DNA from: Candidatus Omnitrophota bacterium
Lineage (GTDB): Bacteria; Omnitrophota; Gorgyraeia; Pluralincolimonadales; Pluralincolimonadaceae
NCBI GenBank assembly: GCA_028716565.1
Contig: JAQUPL010000002.1
Location: forward strand, 96,670-160,669
Reading direction: 5' to 3'
DNA length: 64,000 nt
Below are positions 37,696-47,899 of this stretch, piece after piece. The notes below the pieces were generated by a model. It saw only the letters and a program-made list of their open reading frames with translations. It made no database searches and was not told the origin of the DNA. The position numbers were made by a program, and so were the translations under genes. Positions within the stretch are counted from its first letter, which is position 1. Every line of letters begins with the position of its first letter.

Positions 37696-38681
37696 GATTG
37701 TTGAGCGGCGGGCTCGATTCGATCGTCGCCTCAAGGCTTATCCTGGACCAGGGGATAGAAGTAGAGGCGCTTAATTTCGTGACCGCGTTTTGCACCTGCA
37801 CTTCCAAGGGCTCGGGCTGCCTCGCCTCGCAGAAGGCCGCAGACCAGCTCGGGGTCCCGCTAAAGGTCGTGGATATCTCCGAGGAGATCCTCGATGTCGT
37901 GAAACACCCGAAGTTCGGATACGGCAGCGGGATGAACCCGTGCCTCGATTGCCGTATATTTGTATTCAAGAAAGCCGGGGAATATATGCGCGAATCCGGA
38001 GCCGAGTTCATATTTACCGGAGAGGTGCTGGGACAGAGGCCTATGTCGCAGAGGCGCGAGGCGATGAATACCATAGAGCGCGAGTCCGGGCTCAGGGGTT
38101 ACCTCTTGAGGCCGCTCTGCGCCAAGCTCTTCCCGCCGACTTTCGCGGAAGAGAAGAAGATCGTCGACAGGGAGAAGCTTTTATCCATTTCCGGGCGTTC
38201 AAGGAAAGGCCAGATATCGCTTACGAAAAGGTTTAACATAAAAGATTACCCGTGTTCAAGCGGCGGATGCCTTCTCACCGACAAGTGCTTCGCCCAGCGT
38301 ATGGAGGACCTGATGAAATACAAGCCGGATTTCGGGCTGCCTGACGTCCTCCTGCTGAAATACGGCAGGCATTTCAGGATGTCCCCGTCGGTAAAACTCG
38401 TAGTGGCGAGGGATGAGAGCGAGAATTTCAGGCTGGCGGCGCTGAAGAATAAGAGCGATATAATGTTCCACGCGCAGGACCCGCTCGGGCCCGTTTCGAT
38501 ATTGCGGGGAAGCACCGGCGGGGAGTTTGTGGACGAGGCCGCATCGATAACCGCAAGGTATGCGCTCGGTAAGGATAACGAAGGCGAAGTAAAAATAAGG
38601 TATTTCATTAACCCGGGCGAGGACAGGTTCCTGAGGGCAGGCCCTTGCGGGGAATCTGCGGTTAAGGGCAGGAGGGTTTAG
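37671..38681 (+). CDS. PP-loop superfamily ATPase, probable tRNA thiolation/sulfurtransferase-type enzyme (Cys-rich)
   Basis: SGGLDS PP-loop and multiple conserved Cys (CTCTS..GC, NPCLDCR, PCSSGGC). Subfamily not resolved. Confidence 0.45.
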   Translation: MEKKTKAIGLLSGGLDSIVASRLILDQGIEVEALNFVTAFCTCTSKGSGCLASQKAADQLGVPLKVVDISEEILDVVKHPKFGYGSGMNPCLDCRIFVFKKAGEYMRESGAEFIFTGEVLGQRPMSQRREAMNTIERESGLRGYLLRPLCAKLFPPTFAEEKKIVDREKLLSISGRSRKGQISLTKRFNIKDYPCSSGGCLLTDKCFAQRMEDLMKYKPDFGLPDVLLLKYGRHFRMSPSVKLVVARDESENFRLAALKNKSDIMFHAQDPLGPVSILRGSTGGEFVDEAASITARYALGKDNEGEVKIRYFINPGEDRFLRAGPCGESAVKGRRV

Positions 38682-38683
38682 CC

Positions 38684-39418
38684 ATGGATAGCGGGACAGG
38701 ATCGGTAAGTTTTATAGCCGCTTTTGTAGCCGGTTTACTGTCGTTCCTTTCCCCGTGCGTATTGCCCCTTATCCCGTTTTACATATCGTATATTACCGGC
38801 ATCACGTTCGGGGAACTGACACAGGAAACGCTGCCGAAAAAAATAAGATTCCTGACTGCAGTCCATTCCCTGCTTTTCATACTTGGGTTTACCATAGTCT
38901 TTATGCTCCTGGGGTTGTCGCTGACTTTCGCGGGCGGGCTGGTGTCCCAACACAGGCAGGCCATAAGCAAGATAGGCGGCATCATAATAATCATCTTCGG
39001 GCTTAGTATATCAGGGGTAATAAACCTGGCCTTCCTGCAGAAGGAGAAGAAGGTCGAGGTCAAATCAAGGCCGGTAGGCTATCTCGGGTCGCTCCTTATA
39101 GGGGCGACTTTCGCGCTCGGCTGGACGCCGTGCGTCGGGCCGCTTTTGGCCTCAATATTGCTTTTGAGCTCGACCGAAAAAGAGATAATGAAAGGGGCTG
39201 CGCTCCTTTTCTCTTATTCCCTTGGGTTGGCCTTGCCTTTCTTCATTTCAAGCATACTCATCAACGACTTCCTGTCCTACTTTAAGGCCTTGAAGAAGTA
39301 CCTTAGGGCGGTATCCGTCATTACGGGTATATTCCTGGTCGTTGTGGGCATAATGCTGTTCACGAACTCGTTCGGCTCGCTCGCCGGCTGGTTCGAACGG
39401 CTCTTTTCGAGGCCGTGA
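38684..39418 (+). CDS. ccdA: cytochrome c-type biogenesis protein CcdA / DsbD-like thiol:disulfide transporter
   Basis: 6-TM protein with LSPCVLPLIPFYISY and a second Cys (WTPCVGPLL) in the DsbD_2 arrangement. Confidence 0.75.
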   Translation: MDSGTGSVSFIAAFVAGLLSFLSPCVLPLIPFYISYITGITFGELTQETLPKKIRFLTAVHSLLFILGFTIVFMLLGLSLTFAGGLVSQHRQAISKIGGIIIIIFGLSISGVINLAFLQKEKKVEVKSRPVGYLGSLLIGATFALGWTPCVGPLLASILLLSSTEKEIMKGAALLFSYSLGLALPFFISSILINDFLSYFKALKKYLRAVSVITGIFLVVVGIMLFTNSFGSLAGWFERLFSRP

Positions 39419-39469
39419 TTTTAGGGCATTTTCCCTTGACTTAGCGGTATTTTAACTTATAATAAATAG

Positions 39470-40027
39470 ATGGTACATAAGCTAAAACAGAATCTTAGAG
39501 AAAATATCCTTAGAAGGTTAAAAACCCAAAAGGAGGGTGAAAGGCATAGTAGGAGCCTCGCTATAAAGAGGAGGCTTTTGTCGTTGCCCGAGTTCAAAAG
39601 GGCAAATGTAATAATGTTTTACGTCTCGAAAGACGGCGAAGTTGAGACGATGCCGATGATCGAGGCGGCTTTGGAACGCGGTAAGGCAGTGCTTGTGCCG
39701 GTCATAAAAGTGAGAAAGAAAAAAATGGTGGTATCCGAGATAATGGATCCCAATAAAGATCTGGTTAGAGGCCCTTACGGGATTTATCAGCCTAAGGCGC
39801 ATTTTGAGGTTTTTCACCCGCGCTCAATAGACCTTGCGGTAGTGCCCGGTGTCGCTTTTGACACGAAAGGCAACCGGCTTGGCCGCGGGTTGGGCTATTA
39901 CGATAAATTCCTCGTCAGGCTCCGTCCGGGAGCGACGACTGTAGGCCTCGCTTTTAAATTCCAGGTAGTCAAGAAGTTACCCAGACTTTCTCACGACCAG
40001 CCCGTCACAAAACTCCTTACCGCATAA
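39470..40027 (+). CDS. 5-formyltetrahydrofolate cyclo-ligase
   Basis: VAFDTKGNRLGRGLGYYDKFL is the MTHFS signature. Confidence 0.8.
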   Translation: MVHKLKQNLRENILRRLKTQKEGERHSRSLAIKRRLLSLPEFKRANVIMFYVSKDGEVETMPMIEAALERGKAVLVPVIKVRKKKMVVSEIMDPNKDLVRGPYGIYQPKAHFEVFHPRSIDLAVVPGVAFDTKGNRLGRGLGYYDKFLVRLRPGATTVGLAFKFQVVKKLPRLSHDQPVTKLLTA

Positions 40028-40059
40028 CGATCAATATAATTTAATCAGGGGGTACTTAA

Positions 40060-41622
40060 ATGAACGGTGTTTTATCTCTCGTCCTCTGCCTTGTTGCGCT
40101 CTTGGGCGGAGGCTTAGTAGGTTTTATTGTCAGGAAGTCATATGCTGAACAGAAGGTCAAGTCTGCTGAGGAGCGGGCGAAGTCGATCCTTGAGGAAGCC
40201 GACAAGAAGGCGCAGGACAAGAAGAAGGAAATCGAGCTTGAGTCCAAGGAACTGCTCCATAATATAAGGGCCGATTTCGAAAAGGAGACGAAGGAGAGGC
40301 GCGCGGAATTAATGAATATGGAGAAGCGCCTCATACAGCGCGAGGAGAACCTGGACAAGAAGGTCGAGCTCCTCGACAGGAAAGAGAAGGAGCTTAACGA
40401 GAAACTCAGGGATATAGCCGCCAAAGAACAGAAACTCCATTCCATGGAAGAGGAATATAACGTCCTCGTGGCCGAGGAGAAGGACAGGCTGCAGAGGGTA
40501 TCGGGCCTGACCGCGGAAGAGGCGAAGAAGCTGCTTTTGGCCAGGATGGAGGAAGACGTAAAGCAGGAAGCCGGCGTAATGATAAAGCGGATCGAAGATG
40601 AGACCAGGCAGGAATCCGACAAGAGGGCGCGCGAGATACTCGCCACAGCGATACAGAGGTGCGCGGTCGAGCATACCGTCGAGTCCACAGTATCGGTCGT
40701 CAACCTTCCCAGCGATGAGATGAAAGGAAGGATAATCGGCCGCGAAGGGCGCAATATCCGCGCCCTTGAGATGGCCACGGGCGTCGATGTCATCATTGAC
40801 GATACTCCGGAAGCGGTCATACTCTCCGGGTTCGATCCGGTAAAAAGGGAGGTCGCGCGCATAGCCTTGACCCGCCTGATGGAAGATGGCAGGATCCATC
40901 CGGGCAGGATCGAGGAGGTCGTCGAAAAAGTCAAGAAAGAGATGGAGGTATCGATCAAGGAAGCCGGCGAACATGCGGTATTCGAGGTCGGGATACGCAA
41001 CCTCCATCCCGAGCTTGTCAAATTGATCGGTAAATTGAAATACAGGACCTCTTACGGGCAGAACGTCCTCGACCATTTGAAAGAATCGGCATTCATAATG
41101 GGGACGATGGCAAACGAACTGGGGCTCGACGCCAACCTCGCGAAGCGCATCGGGCTTTTGCATGATATCGGAAAGGCCGTGAGCCACGAGGTCGAAGGCG
41201 CGCATCCGAAACTCGGCGCCGAGATGGCAAAGAAATACGGCGAGAACGAGATCGTCGTCAATGCCATAGAAGGACATCACGGCGAGATACCGGCCATCTC
41301 TATTTATACGGTCCTGTCCAGCGCCGCTGACGCGGTTTCCGGCGCGAGGCCGGGCGCCAGGCGCGAGACGCTTGAGATATACATAAAGCGCCTCGAAAAA
41401 CTCGAGGAGATCGCCGATTCGTTCAAGGGTGTAGAAAAAGCTTACGCGATACAGGCCGGGCGCGAAATAAGGGTAATAGTCGAGCCGGCGAAGATAACCG
41501 ACGCGCAGGCGACGGTCCTTGCCCGTGAGATAAAAAAGAAGATAGAGGAAGGCATGGAGTATCCGGGCCAGATAAAGATAACCGTGATACGCGAGACCCG
41601 CGCGATAGAATACGCGAAGTAA
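40060..41622 (+). CDS. rny: ribonuclease Y
   Basis: N-terminal TM helix, coiled coil, KH domain ([14 protein letters not shown]) and HD domain (HDIGKAV...H). Confidence 0.9.
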   Translation: MNGVLSLVLCLVALLGGGLVGFIVRKSYAEQKVKSAEERAKSILEEADKKAQDKKKEIELESKELLHNIRADFEKETKERRAELMNMEKRLIQREENLDKKVELLDRKEKELNEKLRDIAAKEQKLHSMEEEYNVLVAEEKDRLQRVSGLTAEEAKKLLLARMEEDVKQEAGVMIKRIEDETRQESDKRAREILATAIQRCAVEHTVESTVSVVNLPSDEMKGRIIGREGRNIRALEMATGVDVIIDDTPEAVILSGFDPVKREVARIALTRLMEDGRIHPGRIEEVVEKVKKEMEVSIKEAGEHAVFEVGIRNLHPELVKLIGKLKYRTSYGQNVLDHLKESAFIMGTMANELGLDANLAKRIGLLHDIGKAVSHEVEGAHPKLGAEMAKKYGENEIVVNAIEGHHGEIPAISIYTVLSSAADAVSGARPGARRETLEIYIKRLEKLEEIADSFKGVEKAYAIQAGREIRVIVEPAKITDAQATVLAREIKKKIEEGMEYPGQIKITVIRETRAIEYAK

Positions 41623-41626
41623 AATT

Positions 41627-42409
41627 ATGAACATACTGTTTATAGGCGATATAGTCGGAAACCCCGGCCGCGAGGCCGTGAAATCGCTCCTCCCGAAGAT
41701 AAAACAGAGGGAGAAGATAGATTTCACCGTCGGTAATTCCGAGAATGCGGCCGGAGGCGCCGGCATCACGCCCGACATAGCGCAAGACCTCCTGGGCATG
41801 GGAGTAGATGTCCTGACGAACGGCGACCATATCTGGGACAGGAAAGAGATCCTCGAGGAGATAGACAAGGAGCAGAGGATATTGCGCCCCTCGAATTACG
41901 GGGACGGCGCGCCCGGGAGCGGTTCGATAGTGATGCATTCGAAGACCGGCGCGAAGGTCGGCGTCATCTGCCTCGTCGGCCGCGTATTCATGCAGGCGGT
42001 CGAATGCCCGTTCAAGGCGGCGGTAAAAGAGATAGAGAAAGTAAAGAAGGAGACCCCGGTCATCGTCATCGATATGCATGCCGAGGCGACATCCGAAAAG
42101 ATAGCGCTCGCGTATTATCTCGACGGGCTCTCGACCGCGATATGCGGGACGCATACGCACATCCAGACCGCGGACGAAAGGATATTCCCGAAAGGGCTGG
42201 CATATATCACCGATGTCGGGATGACAGGCCCGTTCGATTCCGTCCTGGGACGCAAGCCCGAGCAGATAATAAGGCGGTTCATAACAGGCCTCCCGACGAG
42301 ATTCGAGATGGCCGATTCGGATATCCAACTCCAGGGAGCAGTCATAAACTGCGACGACAAGACCGGAAAGGCAGTTTCCATAAAAAGGATCCAGGAGAAG
42401 CTTTCCTAA
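41627..42409 (+). CDS. YmdB-like metallophosphoesterase (TIGR00282 family; 2',3'-cNMP phosphodiesterase)
   Basis: MNILFIGDIVGNPGR, a GNSEN-like region, and a conserved position downstream of rny. Confidence 0.8.
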   Translation: MNILFIGDIVGNPGREAVKSLLPKIKQREKIDFTVGNSENAAGGAGITPDIAQDLLGMGVDVLTNGDHIWDRKEILEEIDKEQRILRPSNYGDGAPGSGSIVMHSKTGAKVGVICLVGRVFMQAVECPFKAAVKEIEKVKKETPVIVIDMHAEATSEKIALAYYLDGLSTAICGTHTHIQTADERIFPKGLAYITDVGMTGPFDSVLGRKPEQIIRRFITGLPTRFEMADSDIQLQGAVINCDDKTGKAVSIKRIQEKLS

Positions 42410-42417
42410 AAGGACTT

Positions 42418-43605
42418 ATGTCCCCGAACGCGCAGACCAACGCAGGCAGGCTTGTCTATTCGGTAACCCAGATCACGAGGGAGATAAAGGTCGTCCTCGA
42501 GGACGCGTTCCCGCAGGTCTGGGTGGAAGGCGAAGTGTCTAATTTCAAGCTCCACTCATCCGGACATATGTATTTCGCGCTTAAAGACCCGGAGTCGGTC
42601 CTGAATTGCGCGTTCTTCAGGGGTTCTAACCAGGGTATAAAATTCCAGATAAAAGACGGCCTGAAGATCCTGTGTTTCGGCAGGGTCGGTTTCTATAATA
42701 AGTCGGGCCAGACGCAGCTCTATGTGGAAAGGGTCGAGCCGAAGGGGGTCGGCGAACTCCAACTCGCATTCGAACAGCTGAAGGAGAGGCTCCAGAAGGA
42801 AGGGCTTTTCGACGAGGCGCACAAAAGGCCGGTCCCGATGCTCCCTTCAAAGATCGGTATAGTCACGTCGCCGACAGGCGCCGCGATACGGGACATATTG
42901 CACATATTGAAGCGCCGTTTTAACGATATAGAGGTCCTGATCTACCCGGTCAAAGTGCAGGGGGAAGGCGCGGCCGAAGATATCTCCGGGGCTATAAAGG
43001 AGATGAACCGCATTAAAGATATCGACGTTCTGATACTCGCCAGGGGCGGCGGCAGCCTCGAGGACCTGTGGGCCTTTAACGAAGAGGCGGTCGCGCGGGC
43101 GATATACAACTCCGGCATCCCGGTCATATCGGCAGTCGGCCACGAGATAGATTATACGATAGCGGATTTTGTCGCGGACCTCCGCGCGCCTACGCCCTCG
43201 GCGGCGGCGGAACTTGTCATAGCCAATAAAGAGGACCTGTCCGGTAAACTCGATTCCTTGATAAGGATCCTGCGTAAATATCCTATCGAGGCGATAGAAA
43301 GATACGGCCAGGAGATAGACGACTTGTGCAGGAGGATGGACAGCCATGCCGCCCACGCCATCGAAATGGGGGCCGAGAAAGTAAATTCCCTGATCGGGAT
43401 GCTGGACGCGCTCTCCCCGCTGGCGATATTGAAACGCGGATACAGTATAACGCTGATGATGCCGGAGGGAGGAGTCCCGCCTCAGCGGGGCAGGTTATTA
43501 AGGAGCGTGAAAGGCGTCAAAGCCGGTGATATAATAGAGACGAGGCTGGCCGTGGGCCGGATGACCAGCGAAGTGAAAGAGATCTCAAAGGAGGAGACCA
43601 GATGA
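42418..43605 (+). CDS. xseA: exodeoxyribonuclease VII large subunit
   Basis: OB-fold N-terminus (VWVEGEVSNFKLHSSGHMYFALKD) and a catalytic core. ATG 42418 preferred over the track's artefactual N-extension from 42004. Confidence 0.85.
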   Translation: MSPNAQTNAGRLVYSVTQITREIKVVLEDAFPQVWVEGEVSNFKLHSSGHMYFALKDPESVLNCAFFRGSNQGIKFQIKDGLKILCFGRVGFYNKSGQTQLYVERVEPKGVGELQLAFEQLKERLQKEGLFDEAHKRPVPMLPSKIGIVTSPTGAAIRDILHILKRRFNDIEVLIYPVKVQGEGAAEDISGAIKEMNRIKDIDVLILARGGGSLEDLWAFNEEAVARAIYNSGIPVISAVGHEIDYTIADFVADLRAPTPSAAAELVIANKEDLSGKLDSLIRILRKYPIEAIERYGQEIDDLCRRMDSHAAHAIEMGAEKVNSLIGMLDALSPLAILKRGYSITLMMPEGGVPPQRGRLLRSVKGVKAGDIIETRLAVGRMTSEVKEISKEETR

Positions 43606-43841
43606 CCGCCGAGATGAAATTTGAGGATGCCCTGAAAAAACTGGAGAAGGCTGTATCCGACCTCGAGTCCGGCGAGTTATCGCTGGATGATTCGCTCAAG
43701 AAATACGAGGAGGGCGTGAAACTGGCGCAGTTCTGCTCAAAGAAACTGGATACAGCGCGAAGGAAAGTAGAGATACTCGTCAAGACGAGCGGCGGAAAGC
43801 TGGAAACGAAACCGTTCAATGAAAAAGCGCTCGAGGAATAA
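43602..43841 (+). CDS. xseB: exodeoxyribonuclease VII small subunit
   Basis: 79-aa helical protein (FEDALKKLEKAVSDLESGELSLDDSLKKYEEG). ATGA overlap with xseA. Confidence 0.85.
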   Translation: MTAEMKFEDALKKLEKAVSDLESGELSLDDSLKKYEEGVKLAQFCSKKLDTARRKVEILVKTSGGKLETKPFNEKALEE

Positions 43842-43855
43842 CAGGGAGAACGCGA

Positions 43856-44671
43856 TTGAAGATCACAGGATACTTTAAGGCTCGGCGAAAGCTGGTCGAT
43901 GCGGCGCTGGATTCCTGCCTCCCGGCCGAGAACGAATATCCCAAAGAGATCCACAGGGCGATAAGGTACTCCGTCTTTAGCGGGGGCAAGAGGGTAAGGC
44001 CCATACTTACGCTGGCCTCTTGCGAGGCGTGCGGCGGGAACATAAAGGGGGCCATGGCCGCAGCCTGCGCCGCGGAGATGGTCCATACCTATTCGTTGAT
44101 ACACGACGACCTCCCGGCGATGGACGATGATGATTTCAGGAGGGGAAAACCCACCTGCCACAAAAAATTCGGCGAGGGGATCGCGGTATTGGCCGGCGAC
44201 GCGCTTTTGACTTATGCTTTTGAGCTTTTGAGCGAGGGGAAGGACCCTGCAGTAAATAACCGGATAATGAAGACGCTGGCCGGGGCGGCAGGCTCCAACG
44301 GCATGATCGGCGGACAGGTCGTGGATATCCAGAACCAGTCCGACCCCGATCTGCCCACGCTTACCTATATTAATGCCCACAAGACCGGAGCCCTGATCGC
44401 GGCCTCCTGCATGATAGGCGCGATATCCGCCAAGGCGCCGAAGAAGAAATTTGACGCCCTCAAGAGATACGGCGAATATATCGGCTTTACGTTCCAAGTT
44501 GTAGATGATATATTAGATAAGGAAGGTTTTGCCCTGGCGCTGGGCGTCGACGGCGCGAAAAAAGAAGCGGCGCGGCTTATCGCGAAGGCCCGCAGGGAAC
44601 TGGAGATCTTCGGGAGAAAGGCCAAGCCGTTAGATGACCTGGCCGGTTTCATTTTAAACCGCAAGAAATAA
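43856..44671 (+). CDS. ispA: polyprenyl diphosphate synthase (FPP/GGPP synthase)
   Basis: First and second Asp-rich motifs (LIHDDLPAMDDDDFRRGKPT; FQVVDDILD). TTG start preceded by GGGAG. Confidence 0.85.
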   Translation: MKITGYFKARRKLVDAALDSCLPAENEYPKEIHRAIRYSVFSGGKRVRPILTLASCEACGGNIKGAMAAACAAEMVHTYSLIHDDLPAMDDDDFRRGKPTCHKKFGEGIAVLAGDALLTYAFELLSEGKDPAVNNRIMKTLAGAAGSNGMIGGQVVDIQNQSDPDLPTLTYINAHKTGALIAASCMIGAISAKAPKKKFDALKRYGEYIGFTFQVVDDILDKEGFALALGVDGAKKEAARLIAKARRELEIFGRKAKPLDDLAGFILNRKK

Positions 44672-44674
44672 ATT

Positions 44675-46597
44675 ATGTTCAAAATCCTTAATTCCATGAA
44701 TTCTCCGCAGGACCTGAAGATCCTGTCCAGGGAGGAGCGCGAGCTCCTGGCTAAAGAGATCAGGGAGTTCCTGGTCGATACGGTCTCGAAGACCGGCGGC
44801 CATCTTGCCCCGAGCCTCGGCGCGGTAGAGATAGCTATCGCCCTCCACTATTGTTTAAATACGCCATACGATAAGATAGTCTGGGACGTCGGCCATCAGT
44901 CCTATGCCCATAAGATACTTACCGGCAGGCGGGATAAATTCAAGACGATCCGCCAACTGGGCGGGCTTAGCGGTTTTCCGAATATAAACGAAAGTGAATA
45001 CGACGCCTTTACTGTTGGGCACGGTTCCACATCTATTTCGTCAGCGCTGGGATTGGCGAAGGCGAGGGATATAGCGGGCGAGTCCTATAAGGTGGCGGCT
45101 GTCATAGGCGACGGTTCGCTGGTCGGCGGGATGGCGTTCGAGGCGCTAAACCATGCCGGGCACGCGAACACCAACTTGCTGATAATCTTAAACGACAACG
45201 AAATGTCCATCTCCCCGTCGGTCGGAGCGTTATCAAAATACCTTAATAAGATACTGATGAATCCGACATACAATAAGATCCACAAGGACCTCGAAGGGCT
45301 CGTCAAGAGGGTCCCCTGGTACGGCTTCAGGGCCTACCGGGCGGCTAAAAGGCTCGAAGAGAGCGTAAAGAGCCTGCTTATACCGGGAATGTTGTTCGAG
45401 GAGCTGGGATTGAGGTATATAGGCCCGATCGACGGGAACAACCTCGAGGAACTGATAAAGACTATCGACAGCGCCTTAAGGCTGGACGGCCCGATATTGA
45501 TACACGCTCTTACGAAAAAAGGGAAAGGGTATGTCCACGCGGAGAAACATCCCGAGAGATTCCACGGCACGGCGCCCTTTAATGTTGAAACGGGAGACCT
45601 GAGGGAAGCGGAGTCGGACTCAGCCGTCTCTTTCACCGAGGCTTTCTCCGACGCCATAATGGATATCGCTAAGGACAACCCGAAGGTGGCCGCTGTGACA
45701 GCCGCAATGTCGGACGGCACAGGGCTCGACGAATTCCAGAAGGCGTATCCCGACAGGTTTTTTGATGTCGGTATGGCCGAACAGCATGCGGTGACGTTCG
45801 CGGCCGGGCTGGCGAAGGGCGGGCTTATCCCGGTCGTCGCCATATATTCCACCTTCCTCCAGAGGTCTTACGACCAGATAGTGCACGACGTATGCCTGCA
45901 GAATTTCCATGTGGTCCTTTGCCTCGACCGCGCGGGTATCGTCGGGGAGGACGGCCCGACGCACCATGGCCTTTTTGATATACCTTACCTCAGGCACATA
46001 CCTAACATGACCATAATGGCGCCGAAAGACCAGTCCGAACTTAAGGCGATGCTCAAGTTCGCCGTGGACGAATGCAAGGGCCCTGTAGCGATAAGGTATC
46101 CCCGCGGAAAGGTCGTATCGCCTCCTGTCCTCGAAAAGACCGCGCCGGTCTCATACGGGAAGGCGGAGGTGATGTCGAAGGAGGGCGAGCTCGCGATACT
46201 TGCCGTCGGTTCCATGGTCTGGCCGGCCGCCGCCGCTGCGGGATTATTGTTCAATGAGGGAATAAAGAGTTCGCTGGTAAATATGAGGTTCATAAAGCCG
46301 CTCGACGAAGAATTGCTTAAGGACCTGGCATCGCGCACGAATATGTTCGTGGTCATCGAGGAGGGCGTCCTCGATGGCGGTTTCGGCAGCGCGGTAATGG
46401 AATTTTTTGAGCGCGAGAGGATCATCGGCATATCCGTGAAGAGGATAGGGTTTCCCGGCAAGTTCATCGAACACGGGAAAAAAACAGAACTCCTCAAGAA
46501 TTACGGGCTGGACGCCCAAGGGATAGCGAACGAGATAAAAAAGGTGTGCGCGAAAGGCAAGGTCCCTGGCGAAGCCAGGGGAAAGTGCGCGAGGTAA
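44675..46597 (+). CDS. dxs: 1-deoxy-D-xylulose-5-phosphate synthase
   Basis: TPP-binding GDGSLVGGMAFEALNHAG, transketolase-like domains and the xseAB-ispA-dxs synteny. Confidence 0.9.
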   Translation: MFKILNSMNSPQDLKILSREERELLAKEIREFLVDTVSKTGGHLAPSLGAVEIAIALHYCLNTPYDKIVWDVGHQSYAHKILTGRRDKFKTIRQLGGLSGFPNINESEYDAFTVGHGSTSISSALGLAKARDIAGESYKVAAVIGDGSLVGGMAFEALNHAGHANTNLLIILNDNEMSISPSVGALSKYLNKILMNPTYNKIHKDLEGLVKRVPWYGFRAYRAAKRLEESVKSLLIPGMLFEELGLRYIGPIDGNNLEELIKTIDSALRLDGPILIHALTKKGKGYVHAEKHPERFHGTAPFNVETGDLREAESDSAVSFTEAFSDAIMDIAKDNPKVAAVTAAMSDGTGLDEFQKAYPDRFFDVGMAEQHAVTFAAGLAKGGLIPVVAIYSTFLQRSYDQIVHDVCLQNFHVVLCLDRAGIVGEDGPTHHGLFDIPYLRHIPNMTIMAPKDQSELKAMLKFAVDECKGPVAIRYPRGKVVSPPVLEKTAPVSYGKAEVMSKEGELAILAVGSMVWPAAAAAGLLFNEGIKSSLVNMRFIKPLDEELLKDLASRTNMFVVIEEGVLDGGFGSAVMEFFERERIIGISVKRIGFPGKFIEHGKKTELLKNYGLDAQGIANEIKKVCAKGKVPGEARGKCAR

Positions 46598-46600
46598 GAT

Positions 46601-46804
46601 ATGGCAAGGATAACCATAGACAGGGACGCTTGCAAGGGTTGTGAGCTGTGCTCGATAAACTGCCCGGAAAAACTTATAATCATGGACGACTCGCTTAACG
46701 TTCGCGGCGTCCATCCCGCGAAATTCCGCGGCGTGGGTAAATGCAAGGGCTGCAAAATGTGCGCCATGATGTGCCCGGATATATGCATAGAGGTATATAA
46801 ATAA
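46601..46804 (+). CDS. 2-oxoacid:ferredoxin oxidoreductase delta subunit (2x[4Fe-4S] ferredoxin)
   Basis: CKGCELCSINCP and CKGCKMCAMMCP cluster motifs. Confidence 0.8.
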   Translation: MARITIDRDACKGCELCSINCPEKLIIMDDSLNVRGVHPAKFRGVGKCKGCKMCAMMCPDICIEVYK

Positions 46805-47899
46805 ATGGCAAAGATAATGATGTGCGGCAATGAGGTCATAGGAGAGGCGGCCGTCCACGCCGGCTGCACTTTCTACGCCGGATACCCGATAACCCCGCAG
46901 AATGAGTTGACGCAGTATATGGCCTCGAGGATGACCGAATCCGGAGGGACATTCATCCAGGCCGAGTCCGAGCTGGCAGCGATAAACTCGGTATTCGGCG
47001 CGGCCGCGGCAGGCGCCCGCGCGATGACATCAAGCTCGAGCCCGGGCATAAGCCTTAAACAGGAAGGGATATCGTATCTCGCCGCGTGCCAGCTTCCCGC
47101 GGTCATAGTGAACATGATGCGCGGCGGCCCGGGGCTGGGAAATATTGCCCCGTCGCAGGCGGATTATTTCCAGGCGACGCGCGGCGGCGGCCACGGCGAT
47201 TACAGGACGATAGTGCTGGCGCCGTCCGCAGTAGAAGAGGCGTGGCATCTTACGCATCTGGCGTTCGACCTGGCCGATGAATACAGGAACCCGGTCCTGA
47301 TACTTGGCGACGGCATACTGGGCCAGATGATGGAGCCGATAGAGGTCGTCAGGAAACACCTCCACGGCAAGATAGCCAATCATGATATGCGCCACAAGCC
47401 GTGGGCGCTGACCGGATGCAAGGGCAGGAAGCCCAACGTCATCCGCTCCTTATATTTGGGCGAAGGCGAACTCGAGGAGCTCAACAGGCTACTCCAGATG
47501 AAATATGACAGGGTGAAATCCAAGGAAGTCCGTTTCGAGTCGCTATATACGGAGGATTCGGACCTGGTGGTAGTTGCATATGGCACTACCAGCAGGATAG
47601 TCCGCTCCGCGATATCGAAAGCCAGGCAGGAGAGGCTTCATGTCGGGATGCTCAGGCCGGTCACGCTATGGCCTTTCCCTGAAGCCGAGCTGCAAAAACT
47701 GGCGAAGAGGGCAAAGGCATTCCTCGTCGTAGAGATGAGCGCCGGACAGATGGTAGACGACGTAAAGCTTTCCGTGCTAGGAAAAAAACCGATACATTTT
47801 TACGGGAGGGCCGGAGGCGGCATACCTACGGAAGAAGCGATTCTCGATATCATCAGGGATATACTCAGGGCAAAGTCAAGGAACAAGGTGCGCGTATGA
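46805..47899 (+). CDS. 2-oxoacid:ferredoxin oxidoreductase alpha subunit
   Basis: KorA/PorA-like pyruvate-flavodoxin oxidoreductase core domain. Substrate specificity not resolved. Confidence 0.8.
   Translation: MAKIMMCGNEVIGEAAVHAGCTFYAGYPITPQNELTQYMASRMTESGGTFIQAESELAAINSVFGAAAAGARAMTSSSSPGISLKQEGISYLAACQLPAVIVNMMRGGPGLGNIAPSQADYFQATRGGGHGDYRTIVLAPSAVEEAWHLTHLAFDLADEYRNPVLILGDGILGQMMEPIEVVRKHLHGKIANHDMRHKPWALTGCKGRKPNVIRSLYLGEGELEELNRLLQMKYDRVKSKEVRFESLYTEDSDLVVVAYGTTSRIVRSAISKARQERLHVGMLRPVTLWPFPEAELQKLAKRAKAFLVVEMSAGQMVDDVKLSVLGKKPIHFYGRAGGGIPTEEAILDIIRDILRAKSRNKVRV

Noticed and set aside
40309-41868. 519-aa minus-strand ORF (and 40056..41021, 321 aa) opposite rny
   Set aside because: These overlap RNase Y, whose KH/HD motifs are unmistakable on the + strand. 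The minus-strand proteins are low-complexity (R/S/P-rich) with no motifs, so they are shadow ORFs.
42004-42417. N-terminal 138-aa extension of the xseA ORF in the track
   Set aside because: The extension overlaps the YmdB-like gene in another frame and is Arg-rich junk. A proper ATG with RBS at 42418 begins the conserved ExoVII OB-fold.
43517-44497. 326-aa minus-strand ORF opposite xseB/ispA
   Set aside because: Antisense to two genes with clear family motifs (ExoVII small subunit, polyprenyl synthase DDxxD), and its composition is low-complexity. Spurious.
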